Made by a program: the position numbers and the translations under genes. From Methanobacterium sp. (lineage in GTDB: Archaea > Methanobacteriota > Methanobacteria > Methanobacteriales > Methanobacteriaceae), in assembly GCA_003166335.1 (NCBI GenBank), contig PMWA01000018.1, positions 1 to 15,522 on the forward strand: 15,522 nt of DNA, given 5' to 3'. Below the pieces are notes generated by a model that saw only the letters and a list, made by a program, of their open reading frames with translations, was not told where the DNA came from and did no database searches. This document shows positions 7,726 to 15,522 of this stretch, piece after piece. How positions within the stretch are numbered: the stretch's first letter is position 1; every line of letters begins with the position of its first letter.

Positions 7726-8613
7726 ATGTCTAATGAGGGTAGAAAAAATATTTTTATTGTTGATACTCGGCATGAGGTTTTACAAGGGGAAATTATAAGG
7801 GAAGTTGATGATGAAAAATTTGAAGTTTCAGTGTATTTTCCCGATGGGAAAACATTGTTAAGTCAGTTGCCCAAAAATCATGTATTTTTCTCAGAAGATG
7901 CGGCTAAACATAAGTTTGTATCCTTTATTCATTGGGAAGACCGGAAAAAGTTATATAAGGATGTTGAAGGTCATATCGATTTCCTGCCTGAGCATATTGG
8001 TGAACTTAAGGGTGTTTATCCTTCAGGAAATCCTTTGAGATTTGGTGAACGTAACATCTCTTTTAGTTTCGTAGGGAATGTAACTGGTAAAGAGAATAGT
8101 CCTCAGAAGATTATTCAAATTATAGGGGGTATCTGGGAAGATATAGAAAGGTTACAAGATATTTTATATGTTTTAAGTTATGGTAATGATTATGTTAAGA
8201 AATTGATTGGTAAATTTATAATAATAGAATTAAGAAGTTTATTTCCTTGTTTTATAAAATTAAGTAAGCTTGATGATGAGTATAAGGATAATTTATATCT
8301 TGAATTTAAGGATGAGGTTAATAAATTGAACGATGAACTTCAATTTATAGATGTTCGCAATAAAATCTCAGCTCATAGAGATTTAAACCTTGATTTAATG
8401 ACCACTACGAAACTATGGGAAAAAATAACTAGATATAATATTTTTCAGTATATCGAGGTTTTCCGTAACCATACAAATAAATTATCAAAGCAATACCCCA
8501 ATGAAACATTAATGTATTTTAATCTTAGAAGAACTCCTTTTAGAAGTGTTCAAGAAGTACATCAGCCAAAAGATAATAGTTACCAACCATTTGATGAAGA
8601 ATTTGTCCCTTAA
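7726..8613 (+). CDS. Hypothetical protein with a probable C-terminal HEPN-like domain
   Basis: Intact 295-codon ORF from ATG 7726 after RBS GGGGAG (track start 7690). The helical C-terminal half contains DVRNKISAHRD (R-N-x4-H at 8356-8376). Confidence 0.7.
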   Translation: MSNEGRKNIFIVDTRHEVLQGEIIREVDDEKFEVSVYFPDGKTLLSQLPKNHVFFSEDAAKHKFVSFIHWEDRKKLYKDVEGHIDFLPEHIGELKGVYPSGNPLRFGERNISFSFVGNVTGKENSPQKIIQIIGGIWEDIERLQDILYVLSYGNDYVKKLIGKFIIIELRSLFPCFIKLSKLDDEYKDNLYLEFKDEVNKLNDELQFIDVRNKISAHRDLNLDLMTTTKLWEKITRYNIFQYIEVFRNHTNKLSKQYPNETLMYFNLRRTPFRSVQEVHQPKDNSYQPFDEEFVP

Positions 8614-9086
8614 ATAAACATTAAAAATAAATAGCAATCAATTAATACTATTATTTGATTTATTATGAGGAAATTGCAGGTTCTTTAGCCAAAAGCACAT
8701 AATATATTAATAATTCATTGGTAATTAGTGGGAAGATTGGTAATGGAAAATACAAGAAAAGTATGGGAGATGGTTAGAAGGTTTATAATTACTGTTGATA
8801 AAAAAATATCTAAGAAAACATTAATAATTAATGATAACAGTACATTTTGTGATAACATATGACGTTAAATACGCTACATAATAGTTGCTTAAAAGTTGGG
8901 ACCTTTGCATTCTTACAAGACGCATTAGAATAGGTGAAATTCACTGAAAACCTATAAAATTAAAAACATGGTTAAATAGAACATTTTGTAATAAAATGGT
9001 TGTAATAATATCGATATGTATAAAATGAAAAATAATGATTTAATAATAATAACAAGTTTTTAGAAAAATTATGGTAGATTATTTTC

Positions 9087-9967
9087 ATGAAAGTTACTCC
9101 TTTGGCTTTTGAGAGTTTTGGTGTGCGTTCGATGTGTACGTTTATTGAGACTGATGTTAAGATTTTAGTTGATCCTAGTACGTCTCTTGGTGCTAAGAGG
9201 TTTGGTCTTCCACCGTGGAAGACTGAGTTTGATGCTTTGCATATGACTCGTGCTAGGATTCAGGATTATGCTAAGATTGCGGATATTGTTACTGTTAGTC
9301 ATTATCATTATGATCATTTTACTCCTTTTTCGTTGGGGAGGTTTTTGGATTCGTCGCCTAAGTTTGCTGAGGAGATTTATCGTGATAAGCGGTTGTTTAT
9401 TAAGAATCCGGAAGTTAATATTAATAAGAGTCAGATAAAGCGGGCTAAGGATTTTTTAAAGAATGTTAAAGATGTAAATAGGGATTTTACTTATTCTGAT
9501 GGTTTGTCGGTTGATATTGGTGATACTCGGATTGAGTTTTCGGATGCTCTTCCTCATGGTCCTGGTGGTAGTAGGTTGGGTTTTTTGGTGGCGTTGACTG
9601 TAGGTGGAAGGGTGAATGTGTGATGCATGCGTCGGATGTTCAGGGACCTATTTTTGATGGTACTAAAGATTTTATTTTGGATTTGAATCCGGATATGTTG
9701 ATTTTGAGTGGGCCTCCGATTTATCTTTTAGGTTTTGCTTTGAGTAAGGAGGATATTGATAATGCTAAGCGTAATCTTATTGAGTTAACTCAGGAGATTC
9801 CTAAGGTGGTGGTAGATCATCATCTTTTACGGGATTTGCGTTGTTTTGATTTTATAGAATCAGTGCAAAATGAAACAAAAAATGAGGTACTTGTGGCTTC
9901 TGAGGTTATTGGTGAGAAGCCTAATTTGTTGGAAGCTCATCGTAAGGAGTTTTATCTAGAAAATTAA
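9087..9967 (+). pseudogene. UPF0282-like metallo-beta-lactamase-fold hydrolase split by a 1-nt frameshift (real lesion or sequencing error)
   Basis: ORF 9087-9623 ([22 protein letters not shown]) and ORF 9620-9967 ([21 protein letters not shown]) are two halves of one protein. Adding one base at 9603-9604 gives [19 protein letters not shown] and a single 293-aa product. Confidence 0.82.
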
Positions 9968-10584
9968 TTTTTTTTATTAAATTCTTTTAATATCATTTTC
10001 ATGGCTTGTTTATGGTCTGGTCCGCCTACTTTATTTATTATTCTTGTTATTTCTTTGATTCTGAGTTTGTAGAGTTTCTCGGTATCACCGGTAACCCTAT
10101 TTATTCGTGTGAGGTATACTAGTGCTTCCATTAATCCATAAATGGCTCGGTTTAATGGTGTTACACAGTCTTGGTTTTTTATTATTTCATTTACGTGTGC
10201 GTTGATTATGGTGGTTTTGGAGATTCCGAATTGGTCTTCTCGCTCTATTTCTCGGCGTTTTGTGATTTGTGCTTTGAAGTATGCTTCGGAGTTTTTAATA
10301 GCATAATTATCCTGGTATTGTATAAAACTTTCTGAGGGGGGGTTTCCTAGTGTGGATTGGGCAAATAGTATTGGATCGTTTAGTATGTTTACTATGAAAG
10401 TTTCGTTGTTGTTGATGTTTTTAACTGTGTGTGATCCTTGGTGGAGGTGGATTACTATTTCATCTGTGTCTTTGCATGTGACGCCAATGGGTGCTGCGTT
10501 TGGTGCGTTATCGGGGTTTTTGGTGGTTATGATTGTTTCGTAGAGTAATCCTTTTTCCATGCCGATTGATGTTAAATTTATCAT
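9964..10584 (-). CDS. DUF447 family protein (archaeal, split-barrel N-terminal domain)
   Basis: LYETIITT...PNAAPIG...GSHTVKN...[15 protein letters not shown]...KVGG pattern. Its stop overlaps the convergent gene's stop at TTAA 9964-9967. Confidence 0.85.
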   Translation of the reverse strand: MINLTSIGMEKGLLYETIITTKNPDNAPNAAPIGVTCKDTDEIVIHLHQGSHTVKNINNNETFIVNILNDPILFAQSTLGNPPSESFIQYQDNYAIKNSEAYFKAQITKRREIEREDQFGISKTTIINAHVNEIIKNQDCVTPLNRAIYGLMEALVYLTRINRVTGDTEKLYKLRIKEITRIINKVGGPDHKQAMKMILKEFNKKN

Positions 10585-10959
10585 GTTATATTACCCTTCA
10601 AAAAAAAATAGTGTTTTAGTGTCTGTTTTCGGAGTATCCTTTTAAAAATAAATATATGATATAAGCTAGTATAAGTATAATTATTATGGGTAGTAGCCAG
10701 ATGATTAGGTAAAATACAATTATTGCTAGTATAATTGCTATTATTATAAATAAAATGTCTCTTAACACCATATCAGTATGTTATGAGTTTTATACTTAAA
10801 TAAATTTTCAATTTAATATAAATTTAATATAAATTCTTGAAATTTAACTAAATGTACTCTATGATCACATGAAACCTTTTATTTATTTTTTGAACTTCAT
10901 CAAGCATCTTAATGATGTAAATAAAACGGAATTTATAAAAAATTTTTGATAGGATTTTT

Positions 10960-11664
10960 TTGTTTATGTTAAAAAAAAAGGGTAATATTAAGAAAGTAGA
11001 ATTAGTGAATCATCTACGTAATATTAAAAATCATTATGAGAAGCATTTAGTTAATTTTGATTTTAATACTCCGGAAGCGGTGTATTGGGGTCAGGGTAAG
11101 GGAACGGTTGAGCAGCATGATATGGAATTGAGAAAGTTGGATCTTAGATTTGAAATCTTAACGGGGATAGATGATTTAACCCATAAGAGAGTTTTAGATT
11201 TTGGGTGTGGTAATGCGTTGCTTAAGGATTTCCTGGATTTTAATAATGTAAATTGTAGTTATACTGGTTGGGATATATCGGAGAAGATGATTGACATCGC
11301 TAAGATTAGGCATCCTGAGGGTAATTTTAAGGTGGTTGATGTTCTTAATGATGATTTATCAGATTTTATAGATTATTATGATTTTATCATGATATCCGGG
11401 GTTTTTAATGGTTGTTGGAATGTTAATGGTGTGGGTATCCATAAGATTTGGGTTAGGGAAGTCTTATCTAAATTGTGGACGCTTTGTCGGGGTGGGATTT
11501 CAGTTAATTTTTTAATGGAGGATGATGATTGGGATGTGGGAGCTTATGCTTGTAAGTTTGATGATATAATCCCCTTTGTCAGTGAGGAGTTATCCCAATC
11601 ATTTGTCTTTAGACAGGATTATAATTTACTTGAATTTACTGTATACACTTATCGAGAATCTTAA
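10960..11664 (+). CDS. Class I SAM-dependent methyltransferase
   Basis: Motif I RVLDFGCGNA, YTGWDISEKMIDIAK and YDFIMISGVFN. Start is either TTG 10960 or ATG 10966. Confidence 0.88.
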   Translation: MFMLKKKGNIKKVELVNHLRNIKNHYEKHLVNFDFNTPEAVYWGQGKGTVEQHDMELRKLDLRFEILTGIDDLTHKRVLDFGCGNALLKDFLDFNNVNCSYTGWDISEKMIDIAKIRHPEGNFKVVDVLNDDLSDFIDYYDFIMISGVFNGCWNVNGVGIHKIWVREVLSKLWTLCRGGISVNFLMEDDDWDVGAYACKFDDIIPFVSEELSQSFVFRQDYNLLEFTVYTYRES

Positions 11665-11851
11665 TAGTTTAATAAAAAGGGAAAATCTTTGATGTTTAAC
11701 ACCTTACAAAAATTTTTAAAGTTTATTAATGGTAAGATTTATGATTGATGAATCTTTTATTTGTAATTAAGTGTTTTTAAATTAAAATTGATGATATTTA
11801 GAGATAATTTAGTTTAATACTATTAGAAAAGCATATGGAGATATTCATTCA

Positions 11852-12415
11852 ATGAAAATATTAGTTATTAATAATCATGGTCAGTATAATCATAGGATTT
11901 ACCGGAGTTTGCATTATTTAGATATTCCCGTGGAAATGATTCCTAATACAACCACTGTTGATGAGATAATTGATAAGGATCCTCTGGGTATTATTTTAGG
12001 TGGTGGTCCTTCCGTGGATAGATCTGGTTATTCCATGGATATTGTTAATGATTTGGATTATCCTATATTGGGTATTTGTTTGGGTCATCAAATTATTGCA
12101 GAAGTTTATGGTGGGGAGATTGGAAGTGCGGGTATTGAGAGTTATGCTAAAACGATGATTAGCATAGTTGATGAGAATGATATTTTTAAAGGTATGGGGG
12201 AGACTATGGATGTGTGGTCTTCGCATAAGGATGAAGTTCAAATCTTACCTCCCGACTTCAGAGTATTGGCAATTTCACCGGTATGTGATATTGAGGCTAT
12301 GAAGCATGAGGTTAAGCCAGTGTATGGAATTCAATTCCATCCGGAAGTGCATCACACGGAGAAGGGTTATATGATTTTCAAAAATTTCTTTGATGTATGT
12401 AAAAAATTTAGGTGA
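11852..12415 (+). CDS. guaAA: GMP synthase subunit A (class I glutamine amidotransferase)
   Basis: [26 protein letters not shown] (catalytic Cys), SHKDEV and QFHPEV (His-Glu). RBS GGAG upstream. Confidence 0.96.
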   Translation: MKILVINNHGQYNHRIYRSLHYLDIPVEMIPNTTTVDEIIDKDPLGIILGGGPSVDRSGYSMDIVNDLDYPILGICLGHQIIAEVYGGEIGSAGIESYAKTMISIVDENDIFKGMGETMDVWSSHKDEVQILPPDFRVLAISPVCDIEAMKHEVKPVYGIQFHPEVHHTEKGYMIFKNFFDVCKKFR

Positions 12416-12423
12416 AAAATGTT

Positions 12424-13350
12424 ATGTTAGATCCGTCTACTTTTATAAATGATTCTATTTTGGAACTTCAAAGTAAAATTGGTGATAGGAAAGCTATAAT
12501 CGCTTTAAGTGGGGGTGTTGATAGTTCTGTTGCTTCTGTTTTAAGTTCACGCGCGATTGGAAGTAATTTGGTGGCGGTTTTTGTTGATCATGGTCTTTTA
12601 CGTGAGGGTGAAGCTGAATATGTTGAGAAGGCTTTTAAAGATCGATTGAATCTTAGAATTGTTGATGCTAGTAGTGAATTTTTAGGACGGTTAGAGGGTG
12701 TAGTGGATCCGGAAGAGAAACGTAAGATTATCGGTGAAGTGTTTATTAATGTTTTTGAGCGGATTGCTCTGGAGTTAGGTGCGGAGTGTTTGGTGCAGGG
12801 GACTATTGCTCCGGATTGGATTGAAAGTCAGGGGCAGATTAAATCTCATCATAATGTTGCCCTGCCTCATGGTTTAGTGTTAGAGATTGTGGAGCCTATA
12901 CGTGAGCTTTATAAGGATGAGGTTAGGATTTTAGGTTCTGAGTTGGGTTTGCCTGATGAGATTGTTAATAGGCAGCCGTTTCCGGGTCCGGGTTTAGCGG
13001 TGCGAGTTATTGGTGCTTTAACACCGGAGAAAATAAATATTTGTAGGAAAGCTAATGCTATTGTGGAGGAGGAGATTAAAGAGGAAGGTATGGATGAAGT
13101 ATTGTGGCAGTATTTCGCGGTTTTAACTGATAGTAAAGTTACTGGTGTTAAGGGTGATATTAGGGATTATGGTTATTTAGTGGTTTTGCGAATGGTTGAA
13201 TCTATGGATGCTATGACTGCTAATGTACCGGAGTTACCTTGGGTTATGATTAAAAGGATTTCACAGAGGATTACAGCTGAGGTTCCTGAGGTGACTCATG
13301 TGGCGCTTTCAGTGAGTGATAAGCCACCTAGTACCATTGAATTCGCATAG
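12424..13350 (+). CDS. guaAB: GMP synthase subunit B (ATP pyrophosphatase)
   Basis: PP-loop [49 protein letters not shown] and [11 protein letters not shown] 12424 follows AGGTGA; the track's GTG at 12412 lies within that RBS. Confidence 0.96.
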   Translation: MLDPSTFINDSILELQSKIGDRKAIIALSGGVDSSVASVLSSRAIGSNLVAVFVDHGLLREGEAEYVEKAFKDRLNLRIVDASSEFLGRLEGVVDPEEKRKIIGEVFINVFERIALELGAECLVQGTIAPDWIESQGQIKSHHNVALPHGLVLEIVEPIRELYKDEVRILGSELGLPDEIVNRQPFPGPGLAVRVIGALTPEKINICRKANAIVEEEIKEEGMDEVLWQYFAVLTDSKVTGVKGDIRDYGYLVVLRMVESMDAMTANVPELPWVMIKRISQRITAEVPEVTHVALSVSDKPPSTIEFA

Positions 13351-13429
13351 TTTTATCTATTAACTGATTGCACTATCAAAGGATATAGTATAACTAAAGA
13401 AATTGGAATAATGAGGGATTGATGGGAAT

Positions 13430-13870
13430 ATGAAAGTTGTTTCAATTATTACTAGAAGGTTGAAGGAAGGTAAAACTTATGATGATTTCCGGAAGGCGTG
13501 GTATCATTCAACTGGATTTGGGACTACTAGTAAATTATATACTATGATAAATGCATTTGATCAACGGGAAATTATTGTTATTGGCGTTGTTGAGGTGACT
13601 CTTGATCAGGATCCTATGGAGATACTCCGAATCGATCTGAAGGAAAGGCTTGATAATCCGTTAAATGATATAATTAAACCTGAAATTGGGCGTACATTTG
13701 GTATTTTATTTTCTGAGGATGATTTTTCTAATGCGGGTGAAATTGAGTATAAACCTCCTTCTATTGGGGGAAAGGAAACTGATCTTAAGGAGATTGCTGA
13801 TGGATTATTATTGGCTAAAAAATTTATTGTTCAAGCGTCTGCTGAAAGGGATAATGCCCAAAAAGATTAG
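13430..13870 (+). CDS. Hypothetical protein; N-terminus suggests a dimeric alpha-beta barrel (ABM/EthD-like) fold
   Basis: Clean 146-aa ORF with purine-rich RBS-like leader and codon style like its neighbours. The fold guess rests only on the IITRRLKEGKTYDDFRKAW pattern. Confidence 0.65.
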   Translation: MKVVSIITRRLKEGKTYDDFRKAWYHSTGFGTTSKLYTMINAFDQREIIVIGVVEVTLDQDPMEILRIDLKERLDNPLNDIIKPEIGRTFGILFSEDDFSNAGEIEYKPPSIGGKETDLKEIADGLLLAKKFIVQASAERDNAQKD

Positions 13871-13948
13871 TAAATGAAAATAGATGAATTTAAGTTAAAA
13901 TTTTATATTAAATTCTAATAATATAAGGGAAACTGGAGTTTTATTTCT

Positions 13949-14431
13949 TTGAAAGCTGATGATATTTCTCGTGAGACTATTTTTAAAATATTAGTTATGT
14001 TTATTAGGATTAATAAAAAATTTAATCGTATTGAAGGTCATGCTATTGATGTGGGGGATGGGGTTAGGCTTTATCCTTCTGAACTTCATGTTATTGAGGC
14101 TATTGGATATAATTATGCAGTTAATGTTACAAGTTTGAGTAGGAAGTTTGGAATTACTAAGGGTGCTGTTTCTCAGGTTGTTAATAAGCTGTTTGATAAA
14201 GGTTTTGTTGGTAAGGAGCGGAATAGGGATTATGGTAAAGAAATTATTTTATCTTTGACTGAGAAGGGTTGGATGGCATTTGATATTCTGGGTAAATTTC
14301 ATGATAGGATGGAGAAGGAGTTTGTAAGATATTTAGAAGATTTTACTCCGGATCAGATTAATTCTTTTTTGATGGTTATGGGATGTATTGAGGATTATGT
14401 CGATACTTTTTTAAGTGATGAATTATCATAA
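13949..14431 (+). CDS. MarR-family winged-helix transcription regulator
   Basis: LYPSELHVIEAIG...NVTSLSRKFGITKGAVSQVVNKLFDKGFV...LSLTEKG. TTG start after GGAG. Confidence 0.92.
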   Translation: MKADDISRETIFKILVMFIRINKKFNRIEGHAIDVGDGVRLYPSELHVIEAIGYNYAVNVTSLSRKFGITKGAVSQVVNKLFDKGFVGKERNRDYGKEIILSLTEKGWMAFDILGKFHDRMEKEFVRYLEDFTPDQINSFLMVMGCIEDYVDTFLSDELS

Positions 14432-14449
14432 GTTTTTTTAATTAAAATT

Positions 14450-14470
14450 TCAGTTTAGTAGCTAAACTGA
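14450..14470. promoter_or_regulatory. Perfect inverted repeat TCAGTTTAG-tag-CTAAACTGA, candidate MarR operator
   Basis: 9-bp arms with a 3-bp spacer, between the marR stop (14431) and the GNAT RBS and start (14500). Confidence 0.6.
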
Positions 14471-14499
14471 TGTTAATTTATGTGGAGGGGTTTACTATA

Positions 14500-15066
14500 A
14501 TGTCTATAAAAGCAGTAGTTAAGGAACATTTTTCGCATAGTCCCATTTCAAGACATTTAAATAAGCATTTTCTTAATGCACAAGAAATAACAATTAAAAA
14601 TACTAATTGGGAGGATATTAACCTTGAATTGAGGAGATTCAGTAGTGATGATGTATTTCAATGTGTGGAATTATTCATGAGAGTATTTAGCAGTGATCCA
14701 TGGTTTGATAATTGGTTATCTTTTGATTATGTTAATGATTATTTGAATGAGTTAATATTAAATCCTGTTTTTATGGGATTTGTTGCACGTGAGGATTCCG
14801 ATGAGATTGCAGCTGTTTGTTTTGGTCATAAAAAATCATGGTGGATGGGTAAGGAGTTCATAATTGATGAATTCTATGTTAAGAATGATAGACAGGGAAA
14901 GGGAATCGGATCATTATTAATGGATTATATGGTAGATATTTTATCTGAAAATGATTATAAACGTTTGATTTTAACTACGAATAGGAATATTCCTGCTCAA
15001 TGGTTTTATATTAAGAATGGATTTGTTAATAATGAGAATAGGGTAGTTATGATTAAAGAAATTTAA
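14500..15066 (+). CDS. GNAT-family N-acetyltransferase
   Basis: IDEFYVKNDRQGKGIGSLLM (acetyl-CoA motif A) and PAQWFYIKNGF (motif B). ATG 14500 follows GGAGGGG; the track start is 14470. Confidence 0.9.
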   Translation: MSIKAVVKEHFSHSPISRHLNKHFLNAQEITIKNTNWEDINLELRRFSSDDVFQCVELFMRVFSSDPWFDNWLSFDYVNDYLNELILNPVFMGFVAREDSDEIAAVCFGHKKSWWMGKEFIIDEFYVKNDRQGKGIGSLLMDYMVDILSENDYKRLILTTNRNIPAQWFYIKNGFVNNENRVVMIKEI

Positions 15067-15262
15067 ATATCACTATTTCCACTTCTTTTAAAATTTAATA
15101 AACTTGATTTGTATAAATTAATCTATTTTATTTAAATTAACTTATTCAATGCATGATAAAAACTCTCTCTGGGGTTAACCTATAAATTTACATTAAATTG
15201 TTTTTTTTTGGTTATCTTAGTTTATTTTTTTATTTTGAAATAATTTTTTCCGGTGTTTTCCG

Positions 15263-15278
15263 GAGAAAAATTTATATC
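15263..15278 (+). promoter_or_regulatory. Candidate archaeal BRE/TATA promoter upstream of the trkA-like gene
   Basis: Purine run GAGAAAAA immediately followed by TTTATAT at 15271-15277. The AT-rich context makes chance matches likely. Confidence 0.3.
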
Positions 15279-15385
15279 ACTATTTAAACTTATTATTATT
15301 AAAGATGTAACTTTGTTATTTTCCATTTAAATGATATTTTAACTGTTAATTAAATTTGTATTAATAATTAGGTAGGAATGTGCAA

Positions 15386-15522
15386 ATGTTAGTAGTAATT
15401 ATGGGTGCTGGGAGATTAGGCTTTAATTTGGCTAAAGATCTTTTAAAAGATGGACATAAAGTGCAACTGATTGAAAGAGATGAGGATCTTAGCATTGAAG
15501 TTGCGCAAGAATTGGATACTGT
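15386..15522 (+). CDS. trkA: TrkA-family potassium uptake NAD-binding (RCK) protein, 3' end outside the window
   Basis: Absent from the track. ATG 15386 reads MLVVIMGAGRLGFNLAKDLLKDGHKVQLIERDEDLSIEVAQELDT, a GxGxxG Rossmann start typical of TrkA_N. Confidence 0.85.
   Translation, partial: MLVVIMGAGRLGFNLAKDLLKDGHKVQLIERDEDLSIEVAQELDT

Noticed and set aside
8743..8862. 39-codon ORF MENTRKVWEMVRRFIITVDKK...
   Set aside because: No recognisable motif and a length compatible with chance; cannot be supported without homologues.
10640..10850. Short repeats GCTAGTATAA (twice) and tandem AATTTAATATA (twice) in the divergent intergenic region
   Set aside because: Low-complexity AT-rich matches with no regular repeat-spacer structure; not CRISPR and not demonstrably regulatory.
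11852..13350. Split GMP synthase as a novelty
   Set aside because: Two-subunit GuaAA/GuaAB is the usual arrangement in many archaea.
9250..13877. Nested ORFs 9250-9438, 10352-10543, 11996-12241 and 13686-13877
   Set aside because: Alternate-frame or antisense overlaps of supported genes, favoured by the skewed composition.
15244..15270. Imperfect inverted repeat TTTTTTCCGG...CCGGAGAAAA as a riboswitch or ncRNA before trkA
   Set aside because: A single short imperfect hairpin with no recognisable riboswitch consensus.

Overview
AT-rich archaeal window, most consistent with a Methanobacterium-type methanogen (inferred from an HMf-like histone start, UPF0282 and DUF447 genes, split GMP synthase and GGAG/GGTGA ribosome-binding sites). 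It has three parts. (1) 1-4303 is a minus-strand sugar cluster: a GalT/HIT-type transferase, an OtsB-like trehalose-6-phosphate phosphatase, an NDP-sugar pyrophosphorylase with a left-handed beta-helix tail, and a phosphohexomutase-like gene with degenerate catalytic motifs that the ORF track missed and that runs off the left edge. (2) About 4300-9000 is an accessory, decaying zone: a chimeric pseudogene joining the 5' end of a histone gene to the 3' end of a CopB-type P1B-ATPase, an intact QW-repeat (prenyltransferase/terpene-cyclase-like) gene, two 5'-truncated genes abutting back-to-back (a flavodoxin-like fragment and a Vsr/DUF559-like nuclease with an internal TAG), and an intact orphan with an RNxxxxH HEPN-like motif. 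(3) 9087-15522 is housekeeping-like and strongly G/T-skewed on the + strand: a frameshifted UPF0282 metallo-beta-lactamase-fold gene, DUF447, a SAM methyltransferase, guaAA-guaAB, a hypothetical, MarR with a perfect palindrome before a GNAT gene, and the start of a TrkA-like gene. No rRNA, tRNA, CRISPR array, transposase or integrase was recognised. All family calls come from motif recognition by eye, not database searches.
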